Of a DNA stretch of 55,742 nucleotides, positions 11,929-23,972 are shown one piece after another. Made by a program: the position numbers and the translations under genes. This stretch comes from Priapulus caudatus (lineage: Eukaryota). The notes below the pieces were generated by a model. That model was not told the origin of the DNA, did no database searches, and saw nothing but the letters and a program-made list of their open reading frames with translations. Numbering within the stretch: position 1 is the first letter of the stretch; every line of letters starts with the position of its first letter. The DNA lies in NCBI RefSeq assembly GCF_000485595.1, contig NW_014577074.1:743110-798851 (forward strand). Reading direction: 5' to 3'.

Positions 11929-13110
11929 CTGCAACGACAATAACGGGCGTCCGAGAGTGTCGGTAAAACGAGAAGCTCTGTGCGCCGCATCCAGATGCTG
12001 CTCCCATCGACGTGACCTCGAAGGCTCGCCGCCGCCGCCGCCGCAGCAGCAGCGTGCTCCTCGCTCGTGTCACTGTACAGAGGAGGCTTCTCGCTCCTAC
12101 CCCTCCCCCCCTCCCCCCCTATATGAGCCCTCAGTCAGTTAGCACTAATGTTCCAAGCCACCCGCTGCAGTAAACGGATCCTTTGAATCGCTTCTTCTGA
12201 GAAATCCTACAGAGCACGGTGGGAAAGCATTATTTAACGCCCGCACCGGTGCTCTGAACTTAAAATGTGACAAACTGTGACACGTGAGACAGAGCATACA
12301 GTAAAAAAACTAATACCCTTCTTACAACTCCACCAATACTCTCCACTCGCCAATCGAACTAACAGCAAAAGGTCACAATGACAGCAATAAAATACCCATT
12401 ACAATTTCAGGTTTGATCAAACAAAGGTGCCGGTTAATGCTAACTCGGAGTTCCCCACTGTTGACAAAGCCACAGTTTACTGAGATATTAGCTCCAAATT
12501 TTCTCAGAACTGCCTAATTTAAATTTCCGCTTTGTTTACACTTCTAAGCCAGTTTATGCAAATTGTGGTGCGAGAGTGTCAACCTGTGTGTGCACTGCTC
12601 AGCATTGGTTGCCCCCCCCCACGTGTGCCACTCCCGCGCAGCCACTTATAGTAGCTTGCACCCCCACGACGTGGAATCCAGCGTCTCGCAGTGACTCTGC
12701 AATCAACTAAATTAGGCTTCCGATTTTACTCCTCACAACAAACTTAATCCTGACGGAATGTGGAGGGAGACCCCGGCACTGTCGACACGTGCACGCGTGG
12801 CACACCACAATACTGAGAACGGTGGTGCGCAACACACTCCCGCCGAGATACGCCGAGAGCAAACATCAATACGCGCGATACCCTTCGATGCCACCCTAAA
12901 ACGGTGACGCTGCACTCTGTCAAGCTGAGTCGAATAGCATGTAAATCTTAATGGCGTGCTCAGAACCTCAAGTTAATAGCGAGGAACGTCCCATCATAAT
13001 GCGCCATTTCCGTGTCTTAAAAACTGCATCGAATTTCTCCAAGGCTATTACCACTGGTAATCTAACGTTCGTGCAACACAAGATCACACCACATACTTAT
13101 GAATACTTAC

Positions 13111-13199
13111 AATTTCTCTATTTGGAATATAGGTCGCACACTCTTTGCAGTCACTAACGACAAAATCTTGACATTCTAAGTGGGCATAATATTCACATA
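13111..13199 (-). CDS. DGKQ: DGK theta exon (C-terminal half of C1b)
   Basis: gctttttcag|TA TGT GAA...GAA ATT|gtaagt = (I)CEYYAHLECQDFVVSDCKECATYIPNREI; 89 nt, phase 1 to 0. Confidence 0.95.
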
Positions 13200-14335
13200 C
13201 TGAAAAAGCAAGCAACGTTGCACACTTTATAACATGTGCCACTAAAACTGATTAATAGGAAATCACTCACATAAATATATCATATTGGCTGTTCATATAT
13301 TCACATAAATATATCATATTGCGTTGACCGACTTTTTATAGTTATTACGAGCATATGTCAAATTATAATTCAGTGAAAGCTCATACGTTTTAAATTAGGA
13401 AGTCTGGTGACCTTACTTTGACACGTGATCAATCAGCATTCAACAGAGAAACCTTTTCATTAGAATAACCTTTACAAACCAGAGTAAAATCATTGCAAGT
13501 TTTAAATTTTCCGTGACACAACTCAATGATAACAGTGCAGTGGAACAAAGCCATGAGTGCGTGCGTGCGTGCATGCTTTGTGTGTGTAGTATACACGTCT
13601 ATCTGTGAGACTATGACACACTCCATACATCTACAATGCAGGCAATTTTACACAATCCAATATGCACGTATTTCCAGTTCATAGATTGATTACCAAGAGC
13701 AGTGCAGGTAAATGATCAATCAATAAACATCTCTGTGACACTGCTCAACCTGTTTCTTTAAATGGCAATGATGAAATAGCTTGTATTTTTTAAAGCGAGT
13801 TCGATAAACACGTGTTCATACACACGTCGCATTTTCACTCCCTGAATCTTGATTATAACTCCTGGTTGAAAATTGGTAAAAGCTCATCGCACCACTTAAT
13901 AGGTTGAGCCACTTTTAATCACCTAGTAACTGAACGTCACTCAAAACGAATAGGAAAGTGTCTTTATCACACGGCCAACATTAAGGTCAATTGAAATATT
14001 ATGTACAGAGAAATAAATGGCAATTAACTACGAGTAATGTGTGAGTGGCTACAATATTACTGCTATAAAAGACTGACTTTTAACCACAGATATTCGGGCC
14101 AATACAGACACGTTGGCTTCCATAAGCAACTAGGTACACACACATGCACGCGCGCGTGCACACACACACGCACGTACACGCACACACAACATGGCTTCCA
14201 ATCCCTGCTTATATATAAAACCTATATAATTTTAACCCAAAAAGATTTAACGATTTTATGAATCGATCCACATTTACACATTATAGACTAATAAAAACCA
14301 TGACTTTAACCATTACTACGGTAACAATTACTTAC

Positions 14336-14438
14336 TTTCACATCTTATTGCCCAACTATCTTCTAGCCGTTTCCGACAGACATTACAAAATTTCCGTTTG
14401 AAGTGGCCAGGCTCTGACCAACAGTGTGGAACCGGGTT
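14336..14438 (-). CDS. DGKQ: DGK theta exon (N-terminal half of C1b)
   Basis: gttgcag|AAC CCG GTT...TGT GAA A|gtaagt = NPVPHCWSEPGHFKRKFCNVCRKRLEDSWAIRCE; 103 nt, phase 0 to 1. Confidence 0.95.
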
Positions 14439-15688
14439 CTGCAACAGATATAATACAACATAATAAGATCCAACGGTCATACAAATATTTTTTTCAACCA
14501 TATATGTAAAAGAACGAGAAAAACAGGGTGTAAGAGTGGGACACCTTTTGAAAACAAATAGGTAGGAAACAGTGTGGTCACAACCCTCTATTCAGCTACA
14601 CACTACGGTAATCACAATCCTCTTAGTCTACTTAAGCTATACACCAGAGTAGGCACAACCCCTCTTCTCAGCCCTACATCTGGGTACTAGTTACAATCCC
14701 CAGCTATACTCGGCCGTACGTCATGGCAGCTACAGCCCCTAGTTCATCTCAGCTGTGCGTTGAGCCAGACCCTGAATAGCACAGAACGATTTGCATGAGC
14801 TTAATTTTCGCTGCTTGCCCACGCGCAGCCATCAGGCATCACCACGGCTGCTGCTGCTGCCTGCAACAATCACTCTGCTAGTCGGTCAATTTTATGGCAT
14901 TTGCTATACGTACAAACGGCATATGAAACTTTCAATGACATATATTTTTTATGGCAGTCATCGATCGGCTGGATGTAGCTGGGTACAGCATCTCGTCCCT
15001 GGTGTCTACGGCAGTAGCCGCCTGGTTGCGTGGAAAAGCAGGCTCGTTCTCACGCGGTGCGTAGAATCATATATATATATAGAACTCTGCATTTAATTGC
15101 ATCTAAAATATTTCCTAACTATTTTACGTGTCACCTGTCAAACAGGAAATACTGGCCATCAGAGGAAGACCCACTGAGACTTCATAACACAGCGATGCAC
15201 AAGCCAAAATAGATTATGTTGTTATACTATCAGGAGTCTATCAATAGACTCCTGGTACTATCAGGAATGACTAATAATAGATCTAATAATAATCTATTAT
15301 TATTCACTCCTGATACTATTCTGTAAATTTAATAACAGTGCCACATACCAAAAAGAGCAATGTATGCGTATACGGGTACACATACACACACACAAACCAT
15401 TTAAAAATAGTCGCATTAATAATAATAGGGTCGCGTCTTTTACGAAACTGCATGTACATCAAGACAGCTATAAACCATACCTCTACAGAACTGTTATAAC
15501 ATCCAGTTAGTTTCAAGAAAGAGTCAGCTAACCAGTGTGTATTACAGAACTGCTTACCATTTTACTCAAACGAGAAACTAAATATTTGCAAACAAAACAT
15601 TATTTGTAATAATAATACAATGAATTTGCAAAATTCACTGGCTATTTACATGACCACACGACAGCAGTAATTCCGAAATAGTAGGTCT

Positions 15689-15901
15689 CAGGGGAGAGAT
15701 AGTGAATATAGAAATAAGTTGTGGATATAGAAATCAGTTAACCCTAACCCTAACCCCAACCCTAACCATAATTCTAACCCTAACCCTATCCCTAATTCTA
15801 AAATAAAACAAAATTAGCCAAAAATAATAATAAATAAAATAAATAAGAGACAAAATTAGCCAATCAGAGCCGTCCCCTAGCGGATCACTATCTCTCCCCT
15901 G
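15689..15901. mobile_element. Small TIR element containing (TAACCC)n telomere-like repeats
   Basis: Perfect 17-bp inverted repeats CAGGGGAGAGATAGTGA ... TCACTATCTCTCCCCTG around degenerate TAACCC repeats (about 15738-15800); no clear TSD. Confidence 0.6.
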
Positions 15902-16399
15902 TGCAAAATTCTTTCCGAAATAGATAAAAATAATAATAATTTCACCATCATTTCGCATAATTTTGCTTTTGAGTAAAATCTGTCAAGTTGGAAAATGTTT
16001 TGCTTAAAAGATGTCCATGCCAGGGGTGAACGCACGAAACGCAAATGATAACATTTCATTTCAGGCTGCTCGATTCTTTTCGATTTGGAATCGCGTTGAT
16101 TTTTCTTGAATTGAATCTAGTTTGATTTGGAATCTTTTCAAACGCGGCTACTACTAAAATGCTCTCGGTACGTCTCGTGCTTATATATCGCGTTAGCCGA
16201 TGATGTGCTAGGGAGTGGTTCGTCACCGCCGGTGCCGACTTGCCAATTTCGAGGTGTTAAGGAAGACATGGCACGTTCACAATGAGCTATCGCACTCTGC
16301 ACTGGGATGCAGCGTGACGTCCGCACACAGTACAGCACGCGCTTCCTATATTTGCTTAATGAGAGCCGCAGCTCCCTAGTTTACTACGGCTATTGGCAG

Positions 16400-16413
16400 T
16401 AGTGATGCTGCTG

Positions 16414-16445
<32 letters not shown>

Positions 16446-16660
16446 ACTACTGCTGCTCTTGCTGCTGCTGCTGCTACTGCTGCTCTTGCTGCTGCTGCTG
16501 CTACTGATGCTAACTGCTGTGCCTACTTGCTACTCTGCTGCTGCTGCTGGTGGTGGTGGTGGTAGCTGGTGGTGGTGTAGTCGGTGGGGTGGTGGTAGTG
16601 GGTGTGTGTGTGGTGTGGTGGTGGTGGTGGTGTGGGTGTGGCTGTGTGGTGGTGTGGTGG
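16400..16660. repeat. (CTG/CTA)n followed by (GTG)n microsatellite
   Basis: Direct reading. Confidence 0.9.
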
Positions 16661-17429
16661 TGCATGTTATGCTCATTATCACCCAACCGGCTTTTTTTAT
16701 ATTCAGTTCTGTCCCTCTTCATTTCTTCGTCCTCCTTATTTTCGTTTTTGATCTCTCTTGCCCTCTCCCTCCCCCTTTACACACATATATATATAATATA
16801 TATTATATCTGTCCGTCTCTCATGTGCCATCTCTCTAACTACCATTCCCACTTCCACTTTCACTCCCACACGCATGCACCCACAGATCCCCCTTCTCTCT
16901 CCAAGCTCAAGGTTAAGGGACAGTAATGTGTAACTCAATAGTGAGTAGCCTTCGTACGTAAGTCGTACTTATCAAATATTTAAGATTTTACTAATTGTTC
17001 TACTAATTAGTGAGTAGCAAAATGTGTTAGCATGTTGTAGCAATACATATATATATGTTAAGTTGCGAGTGTGTGCCGTCAATCGGACCGGACTGGCTTG
17101 TGTTGCATAATTGGTGTCAGTGAGCTAATAGGATTTAGGCTAATTAATAACAGTCTGGAATAAGTCTGAAACCCATCCAATCCCGATTTCTACAATTGAC
17201 TTGCACCATGTAACATATAGTAAAATACATTGAAATGGGACCGTCGTGCTCAAAAGTTACCAGTCACGGAGACTGCATGCGCCGGTGGACTGCTATCTCC
17301 GCCACTGTTAATACTTATGCCAGTTACATTCTTCCAGCTAGTCTTTTACTCTGAACCATAAAAATGCAATGTTGGCCTAACGCCTCCTGTATCTTCACAA
17401 AACCTGCTGTAATAAGTGTATTGCCACTG

Positions 17430-19800
17430 CAATCGTTATGGCACTCACACTACCCATGTAACTGCAGCATGTATGGCAGCTACCCGACCCTGCTACTGCA
17501 GCCTGTATGGCACCCGCCCACACAACCCTGCTACTGCAGCCTGTATGGCACCCATCCACACAACCCTGTACTCGCAGCCTGTATGGCACCCACCCACACA
17601 ACCCTGGTACTGCCAGCCTGTATGCGCAGCCCATCACACACCTGCTACTGCAGCCTGTAATGGCACCCACCCACACAACCGGCTACTGCGAGCCTGTATG
17701 GCACCCACCCACACAACCCTGCTACTGCAGCCTGTATGGCACCCATCCACACAACCCTGGTACTGCAGCCTGTATGGCACCCACCCACACAACCCTGGCT
17801 ACTGCAGCCTGTATGGCACCCATCCACACAACCCTGGTACTGCAGCCTGTATGGCACCCACACACAACCCTGCTACTGCCAGCCTGTATGGCACCCACCC
17901 ACACAACTCGGTACTGCCAGCCTGTATGGCACCATCACACAAACCCTGCTACTGGCAGCCTGTATGGCACCCACCACACAACCCTGCTACTGCAGCCTGT
18001 ATGGCACCCAGCCCACACAACCCTGCTACTTGCAGCCTGCCGTATGGCACCCCCACACAACCCTGCTACTCAGCCTGTATGGCATCCCACACACCAACCC
18101 TGTAACTGGCAGCCTGTATGGCACCCACCACACAACCTGCTACTGCAGCCTGTATGGCATCCACCCACACAACCCTGCTACTGCAGCCTGTATGGCACCC
18201 ACCCACACAACCCTGCTACTGCAGCCTGTAGCACCCACCCACACAACCCTGCTACTGGCAGCCTGTATGGCACCCACACAACCCTGCTACTGCAGCCTGT
18301 ATGACACCCACCCACACAACCCTGCTACTGCAGCCTGTATGACACCCACCCACACAACCCTGCTACTGCATCCTGTAGTGTATGGCAACCACCCACCCAA
18401 CCCTGCTACACCAGCCTGTATGGCACCCACACAACCCTGCTACTGCAGCCTGTATGGCACCCACCCACACAACCCTGCTACTGCAGCCTGTATGACACCC
18501 ACCACACAACCCTGCTACTGCATCCTGTATGGCACCATCCAACCCTCGCACTGCAGCCTGTAGGCACCCACACACACAACCCTGCTACTGCATCCTGTAT
18601 GGCACCACCCACACAACCCTGCTTACTGCAGTGTATGGCACCCACACACACAACCCTGCTACTTGCCCAGCCCTGTATGGCACCTACCCACCCAACCCTG
18701 CCTACAGCAGCCTGTATGCGCACCCCCCAAACCCTGGCTACTGCATCCTGTATGGCACCCACCACACAACCCTGCCTACTGCCAGCCTGTATGGCACCCA
18801 CACCAACCCTGCACGCAGCCTGTACTGCACCCACACACATAACCCTGCTACTGCCATCCTGTATGGCACCTACCCACCAACCCTGCTACAGCAGCCTGGT
18901 ATGGCACCCACCCACCCAACCCTGCTACTGCAGCCTGTATGGCACCCACCACACAACCCTGCTACGCATCCTGAGGTTATGGCAACCACACACACAACCC
19001 TGCCTACTGCAGCCTGTATGGCACCCACTCACACAACCTGCTACTGCAGCCTGTATGGCACCCACCCACACAACCCTGCTACTGCAGCCTGTATGGCACC
19101 CACCCACACAACCCTGCTACTGCAGCCTGTATGGCACCCATCCAACCCTGCTACTGCAGCCTGTATGGCACCATCCAAACCCTGCTACTGCATCCTGTAT
19201 GGCCACCCACCCACCCAACCCTCGCTACATCAGCCTGTATGGCACCCACACAACCCTGCTACTGCAGCCCTGTATGGCACCCATCAACCCTGTACTGGCA
19301 TCCTGTATGGCACCACCCACCCAACCCTGCTACTGCCAGCCTGTATGGCACCCACACACCCTAGCTACTGCAGCCTGTATGGCACCACACCACCAACCCT
19401 GCCTACTGCAGCCTGTGATGGCACCCACCCACCCAAACCCTTGCTAAGACTGAGGCCCAGACCACCTACCAGTGGATGGCACCACACAACCCTGCTACTG
19501 CAGCCTGTTCATGGAATCCACCCTGCTACTCATCCGGTATGGCACCCACCCACCCACCCTGCTAACTGCAGCCTGTATGCGCACCCAACCCACACACCCT
19601 GCTACGGTCAAGCCTGGATCGCACCCATCCACCCTGCTACTGTCCAGGTCGCTGTTATGGCACCCACCCACCCACCGCTGTACAGCAGCCCTGTCTATGG
19701 ACACCCACACAATCCTGCTACTGCATCCTGTAGTGTATTGCACCACCCACCCACCCTGGCGACAGCAGCACCTGGTATGACACCCACCACTCACACAAGC
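17430..19800. repeat. 38-bp minisatellite
   Basis: Unit GCAGCCTGTATGGCACCCACCCACACAACCCTGCTACT in head-to-tail array, increasingly indel-rich to the right. Confidence 0.95.
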
Positions 19801-20329
19801 CCTAATGCCATTGCCGCTAGTGTGATGAAACCTCACCCCCCCCCCCCCGCGTACTGCGCCTAGTACGGCACTACTCGCCACATCCTGGGAACTTCAGCCC
19901 TAAGCCGTGGCGGGCGCTGGACGGTGATCATGGCACTACGTGTCGAGCAAATACACAGTTGTCTGTTTGCGTCAGAAGCGGAAGGCACGATGCCCCAAGC
20001 GGGAAGCCCTGCCACACCACCCGCGGCGGGAGGTCAGCGCAACTTGAGCGTTGCAGAGAAATGTTTAATATATATGGATCTCATTATAGCCGACGAAAGT
20101 CCTCAATCAACCGGCTGGATCCATTAAGAAATGGTCAGAGCTGTGGTTATAATAGCCAGCGCTAGCTACTCTGGCTCTCCCGAGCGAGATCAGCGTACGC
20201 GCGTGCGCTATCTCAAAGAGCGAACAAACCGCCATAATAATAAAGAGGCAGCTATTTGACAGGAACTTAAAATATCAGGCGACGCAGGACCTACTGTAGA
20301 CACACGCGAGCCGTTACATCACGCAGCGT

Positions 20330-21673
20330 CGCAAGTAGCCAGCCAGAAGCCGCCAAACGACAACAACAGCCAACAGCGCTAGCAGGAGCAGAAGCCAGCA
20401 GAAGCGCCAGCATCGACAACAACGACAACCAACAGCAACACAAGTAGCAGTAGAAGCGAAGAAGCAACAACATCAACAGCAGCAGCACAGCGCAGCAACC
20501 AGCAACAACACACAACAACAACAACAACAACAACAACAACACAACCGCAACAACAGCAGTTTGCACAGTAGTAAGCCAAGCAACAAAATTACAGCAGCCA
20601 GCAGCAACAACAACAGCAACAACCAACAAGCAACAGCAGCACACACCAACAACAACAGCCGAGTAGCAGTAGAAGCCAAGATCAACAACCCGGCAACAGC
20701 AGTAGCAGCAGCCAACAACAACACAACAACACAACTGACAACAACAACGAGCCAACAGCAGCAGCAACAACAACAGCAGTAGCAGTAAGCAAGCAAATCA
20801 AACAACGCGGCACAGCAGTATCAGTAGTGCAGCAGTAGCAGCAGCAGTAGCAGCAGCAGCAGCCAACAACAGTAGCAGTAGCAAGCAGTACTGTATTAGC
20901 TAGCGTAGCAGGATGTAGCAGTACAGCAGCACCAAGCAGTAGTCAGCAGCAGCAGCAGTGGCAGTAGGCAGCAGTTAGCAGGAGAGTAGCCGATAGCAGT
21001 AGCCAGTAGCCAGTAGCCTAGCTAGCGGCTAGCAGGTAGCAGAGCGTATAGCAGTAGCAGCTAGCAGTAAGGCAGTTTAGCAGTTGCAGTAGCAGTAGCA
21101 GTAGCAGTAGCAGTAGCATGGGCAGCAGTAGTATTGAATAGCAGTAGCAGTAGGAGTAGCCTCCGTAGCAGCATTAGTAGTAGCAGTGGCAGTAGCAGTA
21201 GCGATAGCAGTAGCAGTTAGCAGCAGTAGCAGCAGCACCAGCTAGTAGCAAATAGCCAGTAACATCAGCCAGTCATAGGCCAGTATGTAGCAGTAGGAAG
21301 AGTAAGGAGTAGTAAACACAGAGCAAGTAGGCAGTAGTAATAGCCAGTAGCAGTAGTCAGTAGCCAGTAGCAGTAGCAGTAGCATAAGTAGCCAGTAGCA
21401 GCTAGCAGTAGCAGTTCGCCTAGTCGCAGTAATCACTAGCGTAGCAGTAGCAGTAGCCAGTAGCAGTAGCAGTAGCAGTAGCAGCAGTGGTATGAATAGC
21501 AGTAGCAGTAGGAGTAGCTCGTACAGCAGTCAGCACAGTAGGCAGTAGCGCAGAGCCAGCAGTAGCGCAGCAGCAGCAGCAGTAGCAGCAGTAGAGCAGC
21601 AGCAGCACAGCAGTCAGCAGCAGCAGTAGCGCAGGCAGCAGCAAGCAGCTTAGCAGCCAGCAGACAGCAGCAG

Positions 21674-21707
<34 letters not shown>

Positions 21708-21708
21708 G

Positions 21709-21776
<68 letters not shown>

Positions 21777-21826
21777 CAATAGCAGTAACAGCAGCAGTAT
21801 AGCAGTAGCAGTAGCAGTAGGAGTAG
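20330..21826. repeat. (CAA/CAG/TAG)n compound microsatellite, left of the LTR element
   Basis: Direct reading; noisy. Confidence 0.9.
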
Positions 21827-23972
21827 TATTGTATTGGGAATAGTTTGTTGATCTCCGCTCCGACATCGTAGCAGCATCGAGTTAGCAAAATGTAGCAGGT
21901 TGTAGCAATGAGTAAAATTAAGATGATGTAGTCGCAGAATTTGCTCTTGAAGACTGGCTTTATTAGAAAACACGATACAAATATATATACACTACGGCGA
22001 CCTAGGCACCCAAGCCTAGGCCCCGTGTCTCGACTTCGTCCGCTACATCTTGATAGGAAAGTCCGTACTCACGTACGTCTTCTGGGTAGGTAACTTTCTG
22101 ATCTTTCGTCCGTGTCTATTTATATGTTTCCGAAAACCACCCGGCGACATTTCAATCCGACCCCCGGCCAATCACCGTCTGGGTCTATGGGGTTAGGGTG
22201 TGTGTATTGTTGTTACATTACAATAACAAGTTTAGACAATTAGTCGCAAAGCCCTAATTAGCCTGCAGCCCTACGATACAACAATCCTTCCTTCCCTCTC
22301 GAAATAATTCGTGTCCCCACGAAAATACAGTTATACATAAAAAACATTAAAAGTTAAAAACGTTAGTCTAAGGCTGCAACATCAAACAGTGTCATGATGG
22401 TGAGGTAAATCCTTGAGGTCCGAGAAGGGATGGAAAGTCCGGTTTTGAGACGAGTTGAGGGGGATATTGCTGCAGCTGTCTAGTGAAAATGAGCACTCAT
22501 TTTCGTATCACAGGAAGGGGTCGACAGTCTGCAACGGTAACTCAACTCGAATCGGCATGGAAAGGCTAGGGAAGGATGGCCAAACAAGGATAACTCTTAC
22601 CGCGTACAATACGTTAGTAAATCTGTTAATCAAAAGAAAACAAACAAACGACGAAACATAAAATACAGATATCACCGGCTAAGCTATATCGTAAACACAG
22701 ATTCATAGCCAAATATTTGTTTATTAAAAATTTGAATTCGTGGTTTCGCTATGTCGTGGTATCGGCTAGCAGCCGTTACGTGACTCAAAAATGACGCGAC
22801 GCGTGACGAAATCGGACGTACCCATTCCCGGGCGGAGCTGTTTTAGCTCGTTCGTCACCTTTAATTAAATATCTTCATTACGCACTATGGTGAGTTTGTA
22901 CCGTAGTATGCCTATGTTGGCAGGGTCGCTAATTTCAGCTTACCCTATTGGCCACGTTCGAGGTCATACTTTAGAAGCGGCTAGGCGTCTCGCCTTTCTC
23001 ATCGCATAGGCTTAATTACTATATCATACATCTCTCCTTTCGACGCTTTGAGTCACCGTCACGCCGTACAATGAAATTCGAATACCACGCTAGCTATTAC
23101 TACGTAAAATTCGCGCGCTGCTCGGCAATTCGCGAGCTATTTTACTGTTAATAAATTATTTCCGAATTTGTGGCTATGTATACAGTGAAATTACGATGTA
23201 GCTTTCCCTATCGTCGCCGTGTAGATTTCTTCTTCCTCTGCTCCTCGACCTTGCTCGGTGCGACCTGCTCGTCCGGGTTCTGGAGGCTATGATGAGGTAT
23301 GTCTCTCCTTCTTCATCATCTGGGGGATCAGCCTAGCGTACGTAGCGAATGCGGAATCTTCTTCTCCTTCTTCGTATTCTTCTTCTTCTTCATCTGGGGG
23401 ATTAGCGTAGCGAATGCAGATCTTTGCATCCTCCACCAATTATTGTAGTGGGAATAGTTTGTTGTTTTTGCTGCTCCGGCATCGTAGAATCGTAGAGTTC
23501 TAAAGTTGTTGATCTCCGCTCCGGCATCGTAGCAGCGTCGAGTTAGCAAATGGTAGCAGGTTGTAGCAACGAGTAAAGATGATGTAGTCACAGAATTTGC
23601 TCTTGAAGACTGGCTTCTCGTGACTTATTAGAAAACACGATGCAAATATATATGTACACTACGGCGACCTAGGCACCCAAGCCTAGGCCCCGTGTCTCGA
23701 CTTCGTCCGCTACATCTCGATAGGAAAGTCCGTACTCACGTACGTCTCCTTGGTAGGTAACTTTCTGATCTTTCGTCCGTGTGTATATATATGTTTCCGA
23801 AAACCACCCGGCGACATTTCAATCAGACCCCCGGCCAATCACCGTCTGGGTCTATGGGGTTAGGGTGCGCGTATTGTTGTTACATTACAATAACAACAAT
23901 AACTTGCTAGGGTTAGAAGTTTAGACAATTAGTCGCAAAGCCCTAATTAGCCCGCAGCCCTACGATACAACA
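21827..23972 (-). mobile_element. Complete non-autonomous LTR retrotransposon (Gypsy-like, TRIM/LARD type)
   Basis: Direct repeats 23441-23972 (5' LTR) and 21827-22283 (3' LTR), minus-strand termini TGTTGTA...TACAATA; GTAG on both flanks (21823-21826, 23973-23976); PBS TGGTGGAGGATGC 2 nt inside the 5' LTR (23426-23438); polypurine tract GAGAGGGAAGGAAGGA next to the 3' LTR (22285-22300); TATA-like and AATAAA motifs in the LTR; no gag/pol recognisable in the 1157-bp interior. Confidence 0.9.

Noticed and set aside
17416..19863. Long ORFs (up to 444 aa) over the 38-bp array
   Set aside because: Translations of a tandem repeat whose unit is not a multiple of 3; no splice or domain support.
22284..23300. 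gag/pol remnants in the LTR interior
   Set aside because: No long ORF, and no zinc knuckle, RT or integrase motif recognisable.
23396..23438. tRNA-Ala gene or pseudogene
   Set aside because: Only the 11-nt 5' end and 13-nt 3' end (with encoded CCA) match, and it abuts an LTR; better explained as a primer-binding region.
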